A DNA stretch of 63,339 bases, from assembly GCA_020062425.1 (NCBI GenBank), contig JAGUWJ010000010.1, forward strand, positions 1-63,339. Reading direction: 5' to 3'. The stretch comes from Actinomycetota bacterium. Lineage in GTDB: Bacteria; Actinomycetota; Geothermincolia; Fen-727; Anoxymicrobiaceae. Position numbers and translations under genes: made by a program. Positions 18,856 to 27,688 of this stretch are shown here, one piece after another (positions within the stretch are counted from its first letter, which is position 1; every line of letters begins with the position of its first letter). The notes below the pieces were generated by a model that saw nothing but the letters and a program-made list of their open reading frames with translations, was not told the origin of the DNA and searched no databases.

Positions 18856-19398
18856 ATGAACAAAAAACCAATGATCAAATCAGAATTGATCGCTCCATGC
18901 GGGATGAACTGCGCACTCTGTATGGCCCGCCTTCTGAGGAAAGACAAATGCCCCGGTTGTAGGGGTGACGAAACGAATAAAACCAAATCATGTATCAACT
19001 GCACAATACTCAACTGCGACACACTGAAAGAAACCAGGTCGAAATATTGCTCGGCAAAATGTGAGAAGTATCCTTGTCGAAGGTTGAGAGACCTGGACAA
19101 GAGATACAGGACCAAATATCACATGAGCATGATTGAAAACCTGGAGAGTATCCAAAAGGTCGGTATCAGGGCATTTGTCAGGAATGAAAGAGTGAGATGG
19201 ACCTGTTCAGAACGTGGCGGCATATTCTGTGTTCACAGAGGGTGTTGTTCCGATTGCGGAAAAGTGAAATATGAGCCGACATCTTCCCCGACATCCCGCA
19301 ACGTATGGCGAAGCAATGGTGTGCACATCAAGCGAGCCGGTCGGTCATGTGCCGGAACGCAAAGCTTCCGGCGGCCCTGGAACAGACATACTGAGTAG
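18856..19398 (+). CDS. Cys-rich DUF3795-like protein
   Basis: CGMNCALC...CPGC...CINC...C pattern. Visibly lower GC than the flanks. The 3' end overlaps a convergent ORF, so the C-terminus is uncertain. Confidence 0.55.
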   Translation: MNKKPMIKSELIAPCGMNCALCMARLLRKDKCPGCRGDETNKTKSCINCTILNCDTLKETRSKYCSAKCEKYPCRRLRDLDKRYRTKYHMSMIENLESIQKVGIRAFVRNERVRWTCSERGGIFCVHRGCCSDCGKVKYEPTSSPTSRNVWRSNGVHIKRAGRSCAGTQSFRRPWNRHTE

Positions 19399-19747
19399 CG
19401 GCGAAAAGCCCGCACACAGCCACCCCGATCAGCACGAGACACGGGAAGGATATCGGCTGACTCTTGAGACCGAACAGGTGGCCGAGGTCGTGTCTTGTCG
19501 ATGTGTCCACGAGTGCCAGCGACACCGCGCCGACCGCTGCAGCTCCCGAGACTGCTGCGAAAAAGACTGCCGCGTTACGAATCCCCTCAATGCTATCGGC
19601 ATCTGAACGTGCGAGCCTTGCCCCCACGTAGCCGCCCGCAAGCGTCCCCAGCACCAGGTTTCCGATCGGTACCCCCATGAAGAAGGCAAAAACCGCCAGT
19701 GACCAGAACAGGAAAAGGGACAACAACCAGCCAAACCCTGGCGTCAT
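19328..19747 (-). CDS. Hypothetical membrane protein (possibly the 3' part of a frameshifted gene)
   Basis: From ATG 19747: MTPGFGWLLSLFLFWSLAVFAFFMGVPIGNLVLG..., with 3-4 hydrophobic helices. Confidence 0.4.
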   Translation of the reverse strand: MTPGFGWLLSLFLFWSLAVFAFFMGVPIGNLVLGTLAGGYVGARLARSDADSIEGIRNAAVFFAAVSGAAAVGAVSLALVDTSTRHDLGHLFGLKSQPISFPCLVLIGVAVCGLFAATQYVCSRAAGSFAFRHMTDRLA

Positions 19748-19982
19748 AGAATCGGAGCGCCCACCTTTTAAGAAATATAATGTCGAGTGTGATGCCTGTT
19801 GCAAGCCCGATTGCTGCGCAGGCGGCGATAACCGACTCGGGGACTTCAAGCAGACCGTATACTCTCAGTCCGGCGGATACCCACCAGCCCGTGAGGGCGA
19901 GTGTCAGGGGGCAGATGATGCCAATCAGGATTTGCGCACTTCTAGATGGTCGATCGCCCATATCGGAATAATATAGCAACAA
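19593..19982 (-). CDS. Hypothetical membrane protein (possibly the 5' part of a frameshifted gene)
   Basis: The N-terminal 70 aa are helical and hydrophobic. The tail after about 19750 becomes Arg/Gly-rich and overlaps the next ORF in another frame. Confidence 0.35.
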   Translation of the reverse strand: MLLYYSDMGDRPSRSAQILIGIICPLTLALTGWWVSAGLRVYGLLEVPESVIAACAAIGLATGITLDIIFLKRWALRFYDARVWLVVVPFPVLVTGGFCLLHGGTDRKPGAGDACGRLRGGKARTFRCR

Positions 19983-20068
19983 TTACGGCGAGCATACTCT
20001 TGGACTTGCCCCTTTCACGGACGTCTCGAGCTTGAGGACCTCGCCACCCTCGGGAAAGCGCAGGTGGC

Positions 20069-20731
20069 CTACAGGACGAAGAAGACAATACACAAGAACT
20101 GGAGCAGAGTGCCCAGCAGGGTGAACACGTGAAAGACCGTATGGGCATACTGCTTCTTCCTGCCGATCACGTAGAGAATGGCGCCGATGGTGTACGAGAT
20201 GCCCCCCGCGAGCAGCAGCAGGGAACCCCCCCAGCCGAGCACGCGAAATACCGGAACGATGGCGACCAGCGCGGACCATCCCATGACCAGGTAACACGCG
20301 AACGAGAAGTACTCGTACCTCTTGATGTCGATCGCGGTGAGCGTCACCGCAGTCGCCGCCACGGTCCACTGGAAAACGACGGCCGCCCACGCCAGTGCCG
20401 GATACTCGGGCTCGAGCGCGACCAGCGCGATGATGGTATAGGTGCCGGCGATATAGAGATATATCGTGCAGTGATCGATAACCTGAAAGACTTTCTTCGC
20501 CATCGGATGCTTGAGTCCGTGGTATATGCTGGAGGTGGTGTACAGCAATATCATCGAGCCCGCATAGATCAACGACGCGATAATCTCTACCGGGGTCTCC
20601 GAAAGGATCAGGCACCACACCAGGGCGACAAAACCCAGCACCGCTCCCGCGATATGTGAACACGTGTTGCACATCTCTTCGCTTTGCGAGTAGCCGCGAA
20701 GCTGTCTATCGGCAAGTTTCGTTCTCTTCAT
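20069..20731 (-). CDS. Hemolysin III/PAQR family membrane protein
   Basis: 7-TM pattern with SSIYH and DH..IY..IAGTYT motifs. Confidence 0.85.
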   Translation of the reverse strand: MKRTKLADRQLRGYSQSEEMCNTCSHIAGAVLGFVALVWCLILSETPVEIIASLIYAGSMILLYTTSSIYHGLKHPMAKKVFQVIDHCTIYLYIAGTYTIIALVALEPEYPALAWAAVVFQWTVAATAVTLTAIDIKRYEYFSFACYLVMGWSALVAIVPVFRVLGWGGSLLLLAGGISYTIGAILYVIGRKKQYAHTVFHVFTLLGTLLQFLCIVFFVL

Positions 20732-20978
20732 TCAGGCACTATTCCTTATCCGTACAAATGCGGGTTTATGCCTTTTATCATGCCTGTTTCGCGGAGGCAA
20801 GCGTACGGACAAGCCGGGCCGGCGGCATGGCTCAAGGTTCAGGGGCCATCAACACAAGACATAGAGGCTGTCAATAGAGTTCAGAAGGGAGAAAGGGTAT
20901 CCTTCGTTGGTGGAGGGGATCAGAGTTTTGGACATTCCCTGCTGAAAGCTTGGTATCAAGAATAGGCGGTGGTAGATC

Positions 20979-21629
20979 ATGACGGAATGGCGGTTTGACG
21001 AGAGGAGCAATGTCGAGCTCGACAGGGTAATCGAGGCGAGGAGGACTATACGGTCGTTTACCGAGCGTGTTCCCCCGCGCGATCATGTCGAGAAGATAAT
21101 CAGGGCGGGGCTCCTGGCACCGTTCGCGTCGGTAGCAGTCGAAGGTTGCGAGAACTTCAGGTTGTTCTTCGTAATGGAGAAAGGGAGCGCGGCGTTCGCT
21201 GAAGCGGCGAAGATAATCAGGGCTCGCACCGTGGCGGCGTTCGAGGCGATGAAGCAGAACCTGCCCGATGGTGCCAACCTCCCGGCATTTGCAGGTAGGT
21301 TGCAGGCCATCGCGGATGGAGGGGAACTCGGGTTCGAGAGTGCTCCTTACTTCGTGGTTATCGCTGAGCGGAGGGGTTTCCCGCCGGTCGAGGCGCGCTC
21401 GCTCGCTCACGTGCTCGAGAACATGTGGTTGAAGGCAACCGCCCTGGGGATTGGTCTCAGGCTTATATCGGCGACGGGCCAGCAGTCCGATGATCCTGAG
21501 TTCTGCGGCCTGCTGGGGATCTCACCCGGGGAGTTCGGACTCGACGGGTGCGCACTCGGCTACCCCACAGAGGTTCCGGAGCCGACACGCCGCCCCAACT
21601 TCGAGGATGTCGTCAGCTGGCTTGACTGA
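20979..21629 (+). CDS. Nitroreductase family protein
   Basis: RRTIRSF motif near the N-terminus; 216 aa, a typical size. Confidence 0.8.
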   Translation: MTEWRFDERSNVELDRVIEARRTIRSFTERVPPRDHVEKIIRAGLLAPFASVAVEGCENFRLFFVMEKGSAAFAEAAKIIRARTVAAFEAMKQNLPDGANLPAFAGRLQAIADGGELGFESAPYFVVIAERRGFPPVEARSLAHVLENMWLKATALGIGLRLISATGQQSDDPEFCGLLGISPGEFGLDGCALGYPTEVPEPTRRPNFEDVVSWLD

Positions 21630-21656
21630 GAAAGGCACTTTGAGTTGATGGGCAGG

Positions 21657-23093
21657 TCAGTCGTGTCCCTCTTGCGTCTTCTTTCTGGCCGTTTTGGAGA
21701 ACTGCAGGTAGGCTTCCATGGCCAGCACGCAGGACTTGATGTCGGTGTAAACGGGAACGCCGAACTCGTCCCAGCATTCCTCGTAAAGCTTGAAGTAACG
21801 CATATTGCCGAATATCCAGGACACCATGGGCTTGCCGTGCTTATTGAGCTCCTTTCCTATCTTGTCGAAGGGAAAGTACTCCACGGTGCGGTCGGCGAAC
21901 GGCAGGAGTATCACCCCATCCACCTGGTTGTCGGCAAGGACGTCTCGCAGGATCTCGATGAATGCGTCTATGCCCTTCTGCTCAATAGTGGGCCATATGT
22001 CGACGGGATTGCCGGGAGGCATCCAATCAGGGAACACTTTCGTGAGTCTCTCGAGGGTCTTCTGTTCCAGGCTCGCTATCTTCATGCCGGACGATCTGGC
22101 CATGTCCACGGTTGCGACGCCGGCCCCGCCGGTCACGGTCACCACGGCGATGTTGTTGGCTTCCTCGGTGGCAAGCGTGAACGGCTCCGGGTGCAGTGAG
22201 AACGCCTTTCCGACGTTCATGAGGTCGTGGAAGTCCTCCAGCCTGATGACGCCCGCCTGTTTCAACGCGCCGTCGATCACCTCATCGGTTCCCGCCAGGC
22301 TCGCCGTGTGCGAAAGCGCGGCCCGGGCCGACTCCTCGTACCTTCCGCCCTTGATCACCGCCAGCGGCTTACGGCCCACCATCTCGCGCGCGACCTCGAG
22401 GAAGCCCCGGCCGTCGTCTATCGATTCCAGGTAAGCGACGACCGCTTCCGTCTTCGGGTCTTCCGCAAGGTAGCGCAGCACCTCGACCTCGTTCACATCC
22501 AGCTTGTTCCCTATGGCGCATGCCTTGCTGACCGTGAAGAAGCCGGAGATGACGTACTGGATCATGAAGCCCGCCGCGAGCATACCGCTCTGCGAGATTA
22601 TCCCCAGGCAGCCGGGCTTGAGCCGTTCGCGGGCCTTTCTCAGGAGCATGAACGGCGCGAAGATGAACGGGTCGGTGTTGACCAGCCCGGTGCAGTTGGG
22701 GCCCCATATCCTCAAGCCCGACTTTTCAGATATCTCCTTGCATCGGTCGCTCAACCGCTTGCCATCGCCCCCGACCTCCGCGAACCCGCCCGACTCGATG
22801 AGCGCGGCCTTCACCCCAGCCTCGACAGCGTCCTCCAGCACCTCGGGCACCATTGCCGCCGGTACGAAGACTATCGCCATCTCCACCTTGCCCTTCAGCT
22901 CGCGCAGGGATGGGTAGCATTTCACGCCCAGTATCTCGTCCCTTCCCGGGTTTACCGGGTACACCGGCCCCTCGTAGGAATCGAGCATGTTGTAGATTAT
23001 CCCGTAGCCTCCCTTGCCCTCGGTCGGGGTGGCTCCCACCACCGCCACGCTCTCGGGGGCGAAGAAAGAATCGAGACCAGCTCTTTCAGGCAT
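21657..23093 (-). CDS. ADP-forming acyl-CoA synthetase alpha-type (CoA-binding plus CoA-ligase domains), no ATP-grasp part
   Basis: SVAVVGAT...YPVNP...YPSL...AIVFVPA, then a succinyl-CoA-synthetase-like flavodoxin domain. Confidence 0.8.
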   Translation of the reverse strand: MPERAGLDSFFAPESVAVVGATPTEGKGGYGIIYNMLDSYEGPVYPVNPGRDEILGVKCYPSLRELKGKVEMAIVFVPAAMVPEVLEDAVEAGVKAALIESGGFAEVGGDGKRLSDRCKEISEKSGLRIWGPNCTGLVNTDPFIFAPFMLLRKARERLKPGCLGIISQSGMLAAGFMIQYVISGFFTVSKACAIGNKLDVNEVEVLRYLAEDPKTEAVVAYLESIDDGRGFLEVAREMVGRKPLAVIKGGRYEESARAALSHTASLAGTDEVIDGALKQAGVIRLEDFHDLMNVGKAFSLHPEPFTLATEEANNIAVVTVTGGAGVATVDMARSSGMKIASLEQKTLERLTKVFPDWMPPGNPVDIWPTIEQKGIDAFIEILRDVLADNQVDGVILLPFADRTVEYFPFDKIGKELNKHGKPMVSWIFGNMRYFKLYEECWDEFGVPVYTDIKSCVLAMEAYLQFSKTARKKTQEGHD

Positions 23094-23245
23094 GCCAAGC
23101 TCCTCGTTAGTTACAGCGTAAAGCCTATTCTAATCGGAAATGCGAATACAGCGCGTGACCAGAGTCAGAACCAGAGAAAAGGGATATAACACCTGGTGTC
23201 AGACACCGTAAGGTAAGTCACAGCACCCGAACTGGGTAAAAGTAA

Positions 23246-23911
23246 TCAGTACTGCCAGCCCAGGATGCCCAGGGCGAGCACGTTCATCACGATGGGCACG
23301 CCCCAGATGACGCCGATGAAGATGAGCTTGTGCTTCATGGTCTTCATGTCGAGCATGACGTTTATTGCCGCGAACCAGTAGAAATACCCCACGAAGAAGA
23401 TAAGCCAGATGCCGGCCCACGAGAGGTTCCACCATGAGTATTCCCATACCAGGTGATCGCCGATGTTCAACACTACCTCGATGAAGACGGCGAGCGACGC
23501 GTAGAAGATGGCGAAGAACCAGCGGTTGGGCAAGCCCAGGATCCTGGTTTCCTTTTCCGGGAGCAGGGAATAGTAGTAGACGAGACCGAATAAGGCGAAG
23601 GCGAAGATTATCTCCAGGTTCCATCCCACAAAGACCCTGAGCGCGGTGTCGCCGGGAGTGGTCCACACCGCCGAGCGCTCCGAGAGATGGAAGACGTAGC
23701 CGTTCCAGGTCTCATTGAAGAAGTCGCAGCCGAGGAGCACCAGTACGGCGAGGAGAGGGTCCCAGTTCTTTGAAAGGAGTGAACCTCTGAACTCCTTTGC
23801 GAGTATGTACGTCAGCACGAGCAGCAGGGGAACGGCATACCACTTGAGCATGGAAAGATCTCTCAAGCCCTCGAGGGCTTGGCGGGAGGCCTCGGTGTAA
23901 GTGAAGAGCAT
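23246..23911 (-). CDS. Hypothetical Trp-rich polytopic membrane protein
   Basis: 221 aa with about 6 hydrophobic helices; no motif recognised. Confidence 0.55.
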   Translation of the reverse strand: MLFTYTEASRQALEGLRDLSMLKWYAVPLLLVLTYILAKEFRGSLLSKNWDPLLAVLVLLGCDFFNETWNGYVFHLSERSAVWTTPGDTALRVFVGWNLEIIFAFALFGLVYYYSLLPEKETRILGLPNRWFFAIFYASLAVFIEVVLNIGDHLVWEYSWWNLSWAGIWLIFFVGYFYWFAAINVMLDMKTMKHKLIFIGVIWGVPIVMNVLALGILGWQY

Positions 23912-24266
23912 GCTCCCCTCCTTCTCGAGGAATATTCCTTTTACAAATAGTTAAAGAGTATGCCCTGGATATCCTCTTTCAGAAGGCCATGGGGGAGAAC
24001 TGCCGGCCCCGCCCGCATGACTGAAGATCAGGTGAAGACCAGCCTCGTTGACTACGCTCAGAGCATGCAGACCTCTAAGCCGGAGGGCATCCCCGAGGAC
24101 AAGATCCCGAGGCGACGGAGGTACTGGACTCCGCCCTGTCCTCCGCCATGAAGATGTCATTCAACGTGATGGCGGCTATCATGCTGCTGGGCCTGCTGCT
24201 CAGTCCTTCATGCCGAGGACGGAACCCGAGCCGGAGATGACGCCGGGCTGACCGGCATGAAACCAG

Positions 24267-24716
24267 CTACAGCCCGAGCTCTTGGAGGAGCTGCGAGGGC
24301 GAACAGACGAGCATGCCCGACTTCTTTTTTAATGCCGCGTTTTTCAGGAAATGGTTGTCACCGGTCACGAAGAAGTCGGAGCCCCCGGCCAGGGCAGCGG
24401 CGAATATGCACGCATCGCCCTCGTTCAATGTGTCAGTCCAACGGCGATATTCCCCCGGGTTGGGGTCGCTTACAATCGAGATGGGAGAGTTCAGAAAGAA
24501 CTTGCTCAGAGCCGGCAGCGCCTGCGGGAGCTTCCTGTCGAACGTGCGGACGACTTCTTCCAATGTCTGCCGTGAGACAACCACCTTGATCCCGCCTTGC
24601 AGCATGAGCTCGAGGATGCGGCCCGGGGCGCCATCCGGGGAGTAGAGGCCAGAGAAGATGACGTTGCTGTCGAGAAAGACGAGAGGCGGCTTATTGTCTC
24701 TCGCTGCCGCGCTCAC
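24267..24716 (-). CDS. PIN-domain toxin (VapC-like)
   Basis: VFLDSNV acidic motif and FFVTGDNHFL C-terminal motif. The 5' end overlaps the antitoxin gene by 26 nt. Confidence 0.75.
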   Translation of the reverse strand: MSAAARDNKPPLVFLDSNVIFSGLYSPDGAPGRILELMLQGGIKVVVSRQTLEEVVRTFDRKLPQALPALSKFFLNSPISIVSDPNPGEYRRWTDTLNEGDACIFAAALAGGSDFFVTGDNHFLKNAALKKKSGMLVCSPSQLLQELGL

Positions 24717-24972
24717 GTGTTATCTCCCGCCTGGCCCTGCGGGCTTCCTTGAGCAGGTCCTGTTCGGATACACCGTAGCGCCCGAACGCCTCACGGATCT
24801 CTTCAACGGCGTCGAGCGCTTTGCTCTTTCTGGGGGTGGCTTTCAGAACGGAGCCCTCGACCACCAGCTCCAGGGTGTCCCCCGGAGCGATACCCAGCTC
24901 CTCGCAGACTTCCCTGGGGATGGTCACCTGGCGCTTGGGGCGTACGACAACATCCGTTCCCCGTGATGACAT
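24691..24972 (-). CDS. AbrB/MazE/SpoVT-family antitoxin
   Basis: MSSRGTDVVVRPKRQVTIPREVCEELGIAPGD (looped-hinge-helix motif). ATG 24972 follows AGGAGG. Confidence 0.75.
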   Translation of the reverse strand: MSSRGTDVVVRPKRQVTIPREVCEELGIAPGDTLELVVEGSVLKATPRKSKALDAVEEIREAFGRYGVSEQDLLKEARRARREITRERGSERQ

Positions 24973-25114
24973 TTCAATCCTCCTGCGTAGGACGTCCGAC
25001 ATCCTACATCTGATTCTACCCGATCCTCGCATGACAGGCAACAGCCTGAACCGGCCTGGAAATAGGAAAGGCACCACCGTCGTGCGGCAGTGCCCTGTCA
25101 ACTCGCAGTCCCGG

Positions 25115-26350
25115 CTAGGCCTTCTCGAATATGTGTATTGTCATCGAAGCCTCCTCGACCCCGATGTTGCCGCCGCCGTTCTCGGTCATGCCGATGCGCG
25201 CTCCCTCGACCTGGCGCGGGCCGGCTTCCCCTCTGACCTGGGTGACGACCTCGTGTATCTGGGCGAGCCCCGAGGCGCCGATGGGGTGTCCCCGGCACTC
25301 CAGGCCGCCGGATGTGTTTAGTGGCAGGCTGCCCCCCAGGGTGGTCGCGCCCGATTCCGCCAGAACGCCGCCTTCACCCTCCGGGCAGAAGCCCAGCGCC
25401 TCCGCCTGGTGCAGCTCCCCGTAAGCGGTGGCGTCGTGCACCTCGGCGGTGTGGATGTCTTCCGGCCCCAGGCCCGACGCCTCGTACGCCTGGTGGGAGA
25501 GGCGCACCCCGATGTCCTCGTCGTCCAGGTCGCGGTCGCGGCCGGAGGCCAGCACGGAAGCCCTGATCCTTACCGGCCTGGCACCGTTCAGCTTTTTCAG
25601 GTATCTGGTTGAGCAGAGTATGGCGCCCGCGCCTCCGTCGCCGACGGGGGCGCACATGGCGCGGGTCAGCGGGTAAGCGATCAGCTTGTCGTTCAGCACT
25701 TCTTCCACGCTCATCTTCACCTGGTACTGCGCGTTCGGGTTCATGGAACTGTGGAAGTGGTTCTTGGAGGCGATGACCGCGAGCTGGTTCTGGGTGGACC
25801 CGTACTTGGCCATGTGCCAGCGCGCGCCCACGGCGTAGAGGTCCATGAACACCGAGCGGTCCTCGCCGGGCGCACCGGTGTCGGGGATGTCATGGTTCAG
25901 CGACTCGCTCAAGGCCAGGAACCCCTGCACATGCTTCTCGAAGTCCTCAACGTCGAGGCAGGTAGCGTACGACTTGAGCGACATCATCTTGTCCTCGTGG
26001 GTTATCTTCTCAGACCCGAGCGCGAGGACCACGTCGTACATCCCGGCCTTTATCGCCGTGTACGCCAGGTGGAACGAGGTTGAAGCTCCGGCGCAGGCGT
26101 TCTCGGTGTTCACGATGGGTATCGCGTCCACCCCCATGGCCCGCAGCATCACCTGCCCCCTGATGGAATGCTGGTCCGCGAACATGCCCCAGAAGGTGTT
26201 GGCGACGTACGCCGCCTGGAGGTCCTTCGCGTCCAGGCCTGCGTCGGCCAGGGTCTTCTCCACGGCTTCCTTTGCCAGCGCCTTCACCGAGCTGTCGTAA
26301 TGCTTGGCGAACCTGGTGGTGCCCACCCCGATTACATAAACATCATCCAT
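25115..26350 (-). CDS. Thiolase-family protein (SCPx/DitF-like acetyl-CoA C-acyltransferase)
   Basis: NTENACAGAST active-site Cys block and C-terminal GHP.GASG block. Confidence 0.85.
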   Translation of the reverse strand: MDDVYVIGVGTTRFAKHYDSSVKALAKEAVEKTLADAGLDAKDLQAAYVANTFWGMFADQHSIRGQVMLRAMGVDAIPIVNTENACAGASTSFHLAYTAIKAGMYDVVLALGSEKITHEDKMMSLKSYATCLDVEDFEKHVQGFLALSESLNHDIPDTGAPGEDRSVFMDLYAVGARWHMAKYGSTQNQLAVIASKNHFHSSMNPNAQYQVKMSVEEVLNDKLIAYPLTRAMCAPVGDGGAGAILCSTRYLKKLNGARPVRIRASVLASGRDRDLDDEDIGVRLSHQAYEASGLGPEDIHTAEVHDATAYGELHQAEALGFCPEGEGGVLAESGATTLGGSLPLNTSGGLECRGHPIGASGLAQIHEVVTQVRGEAGPRQVEGARIGMTENGGGNIGVEEASMTIHIFEKA

Positions 26351-26401
26351 ATGTTCTGAACTACCTTCCCCAATCCGCGGGCGCGCCCGCGGTCACTGTC
26401 T

Positions 26402-27649
26402 CTATGACTGCTTGATGACGGCCTCCGCGGCGACCAGCCCCAGGAAGTCGTTTGAGCCGTCCTCTATCATGCTGGCCCTGGAATCGCGGAAAAGCTTCTC
26501 GATGGTCGACTCCTTGGAGACGCCGTAGCCGCCGTGGAGCTGCACCGCGTCGGAAGCCACCTCGAAAGCGGCCTGGGTGCAGAACACCTTCGCCGCGATT
26601 GAGTACTGAGTATACGGAGGGTTGGTGCAGAAGTTGAAATCCATCACCTGGCGCGACAGCGCCCTGCACGCCTCGACCTTCTTGAACATGTCGAAGAGCT
26701 TGGCCTGTACGTTCTGGTGCTCGATGAGCTTCTTGCCGCCCTGCACGCGTTCCTTGCAGTAGGCCAGCGCCTCGTCGAATGCGGCACGCGCCACCCCTGT
26801 GAAGGCGCAGCCCATGCAGACGTTGGCCGTGGCCAGGGTTATGTCCAGCAGGGCTTCATACGACTCCTGGTCCACCAGCATGTTCTCCTTGGGGACGCGG
26901 ACGTCATCGAAGTAGATCTCGCCCTGGTTGAGCGCCCTCAGGCCCAGCTTGTCCAGCGGTTTTCCCCTGGTCACCCCGGGAAGGTCCAGCGGGACGATGC
27001 AGATGCCTCCCCCCGCCATTCCCATCTCCGGCTCGATGGTAAGGTACACCGCCGCCTGGGTCGCGACAGTGCCCATCGACACCCAGGCCGCCTTGGTGCC
27101 GTTGATGACCCACTCGTCTCCGTCGAGCTTAGCCCTCACCGAGCCGGCGCACTCCTTCTGGCAGAACTGGTCCGTATACGGGGCGAGGGTGTCCGAGCCG
27201 TGGTCGGGCTCGGTGATGGCCCAGCAGCCCATTATGCTCGCTTCGGTGTCCTCGCAGAAGGGGACGATGAAGGTCTCCACAAGGTAGTCCGTGGGGACCA
27301 TACTGCAGAGAAAGGCGGGAAAGCAGACTACACCGAAGGCGGTCCAGAAATCGACGCTCCCCCAGGCGACCTCCTCGAAGAGCATGTGCACCTCGATGGG
27401 GGAGAACCCGCCTCCTCCGTAGATCTCCGGGATGAGTATCTTGTGGAGCCCGATCTGGTACCCCTTCTTCATAACATCCCAGAAGATGGAGTCCTTGGCG
27501 ATGACCGCCTCGGGGTCCAGCTTGTCCAGCTCGAGGCTGGCCGGCCTCAAGACGTCGCGGGCGAAGTCGTGCACCAGGTCTCTCTGCATCTCCTGGGTTT
27601 TGGTCAGATTAAGGTTCAGGTCAAGGTAAGAGGGAGGCACACGCACCAT
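26402..27649 (-). CDS. Acyl-CoA dehydrogenase family protein
   Basis: ITEPDHGSD, W.S.G and C-terminal QLHGGYG motifs. Confidence 0.85.
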   Translation of the reverse strand: MVRVPPSYLDLNLNLTKTQEMQRDLVHDFARDVLRPASLELDKLDPEAVIAKDSIFWDVMKKGYQIGLHKILIPEIYGGGGFSPIEVHMLFEEVAWGSVDFWTAFGVVCFPAFLCSMVPTDYLVETFIVPFCEDTEASIMGCWAITEPDHGSDTLAPYTDQFCQKECAGSVRAKLDGDEWVINGTKAAWVSMGTVATQAAVYLTIEPEMGMAGGGICIVPLDLPGVTRGKPLDKLGLRALNQGEIYFDDVRVPKENMLVDQESYEALLDITLATANVCMGCAFTGVARAAFDEALAYCKERVQGGKKLIEHQNVQAKLFDMFKKVEACRALSRQVMDFNFCTNPPYTQYSIAAKVFCTQAAFEVASDAVQLHGGYGVSKESTIEKLFRDSRASMIEDGSNDFLGLVAAEAVIKQS

Positions 27650-27688
27650 CTCCTTTCTGCCACCACAGCAAGAGACCGTCAGCCGCTC

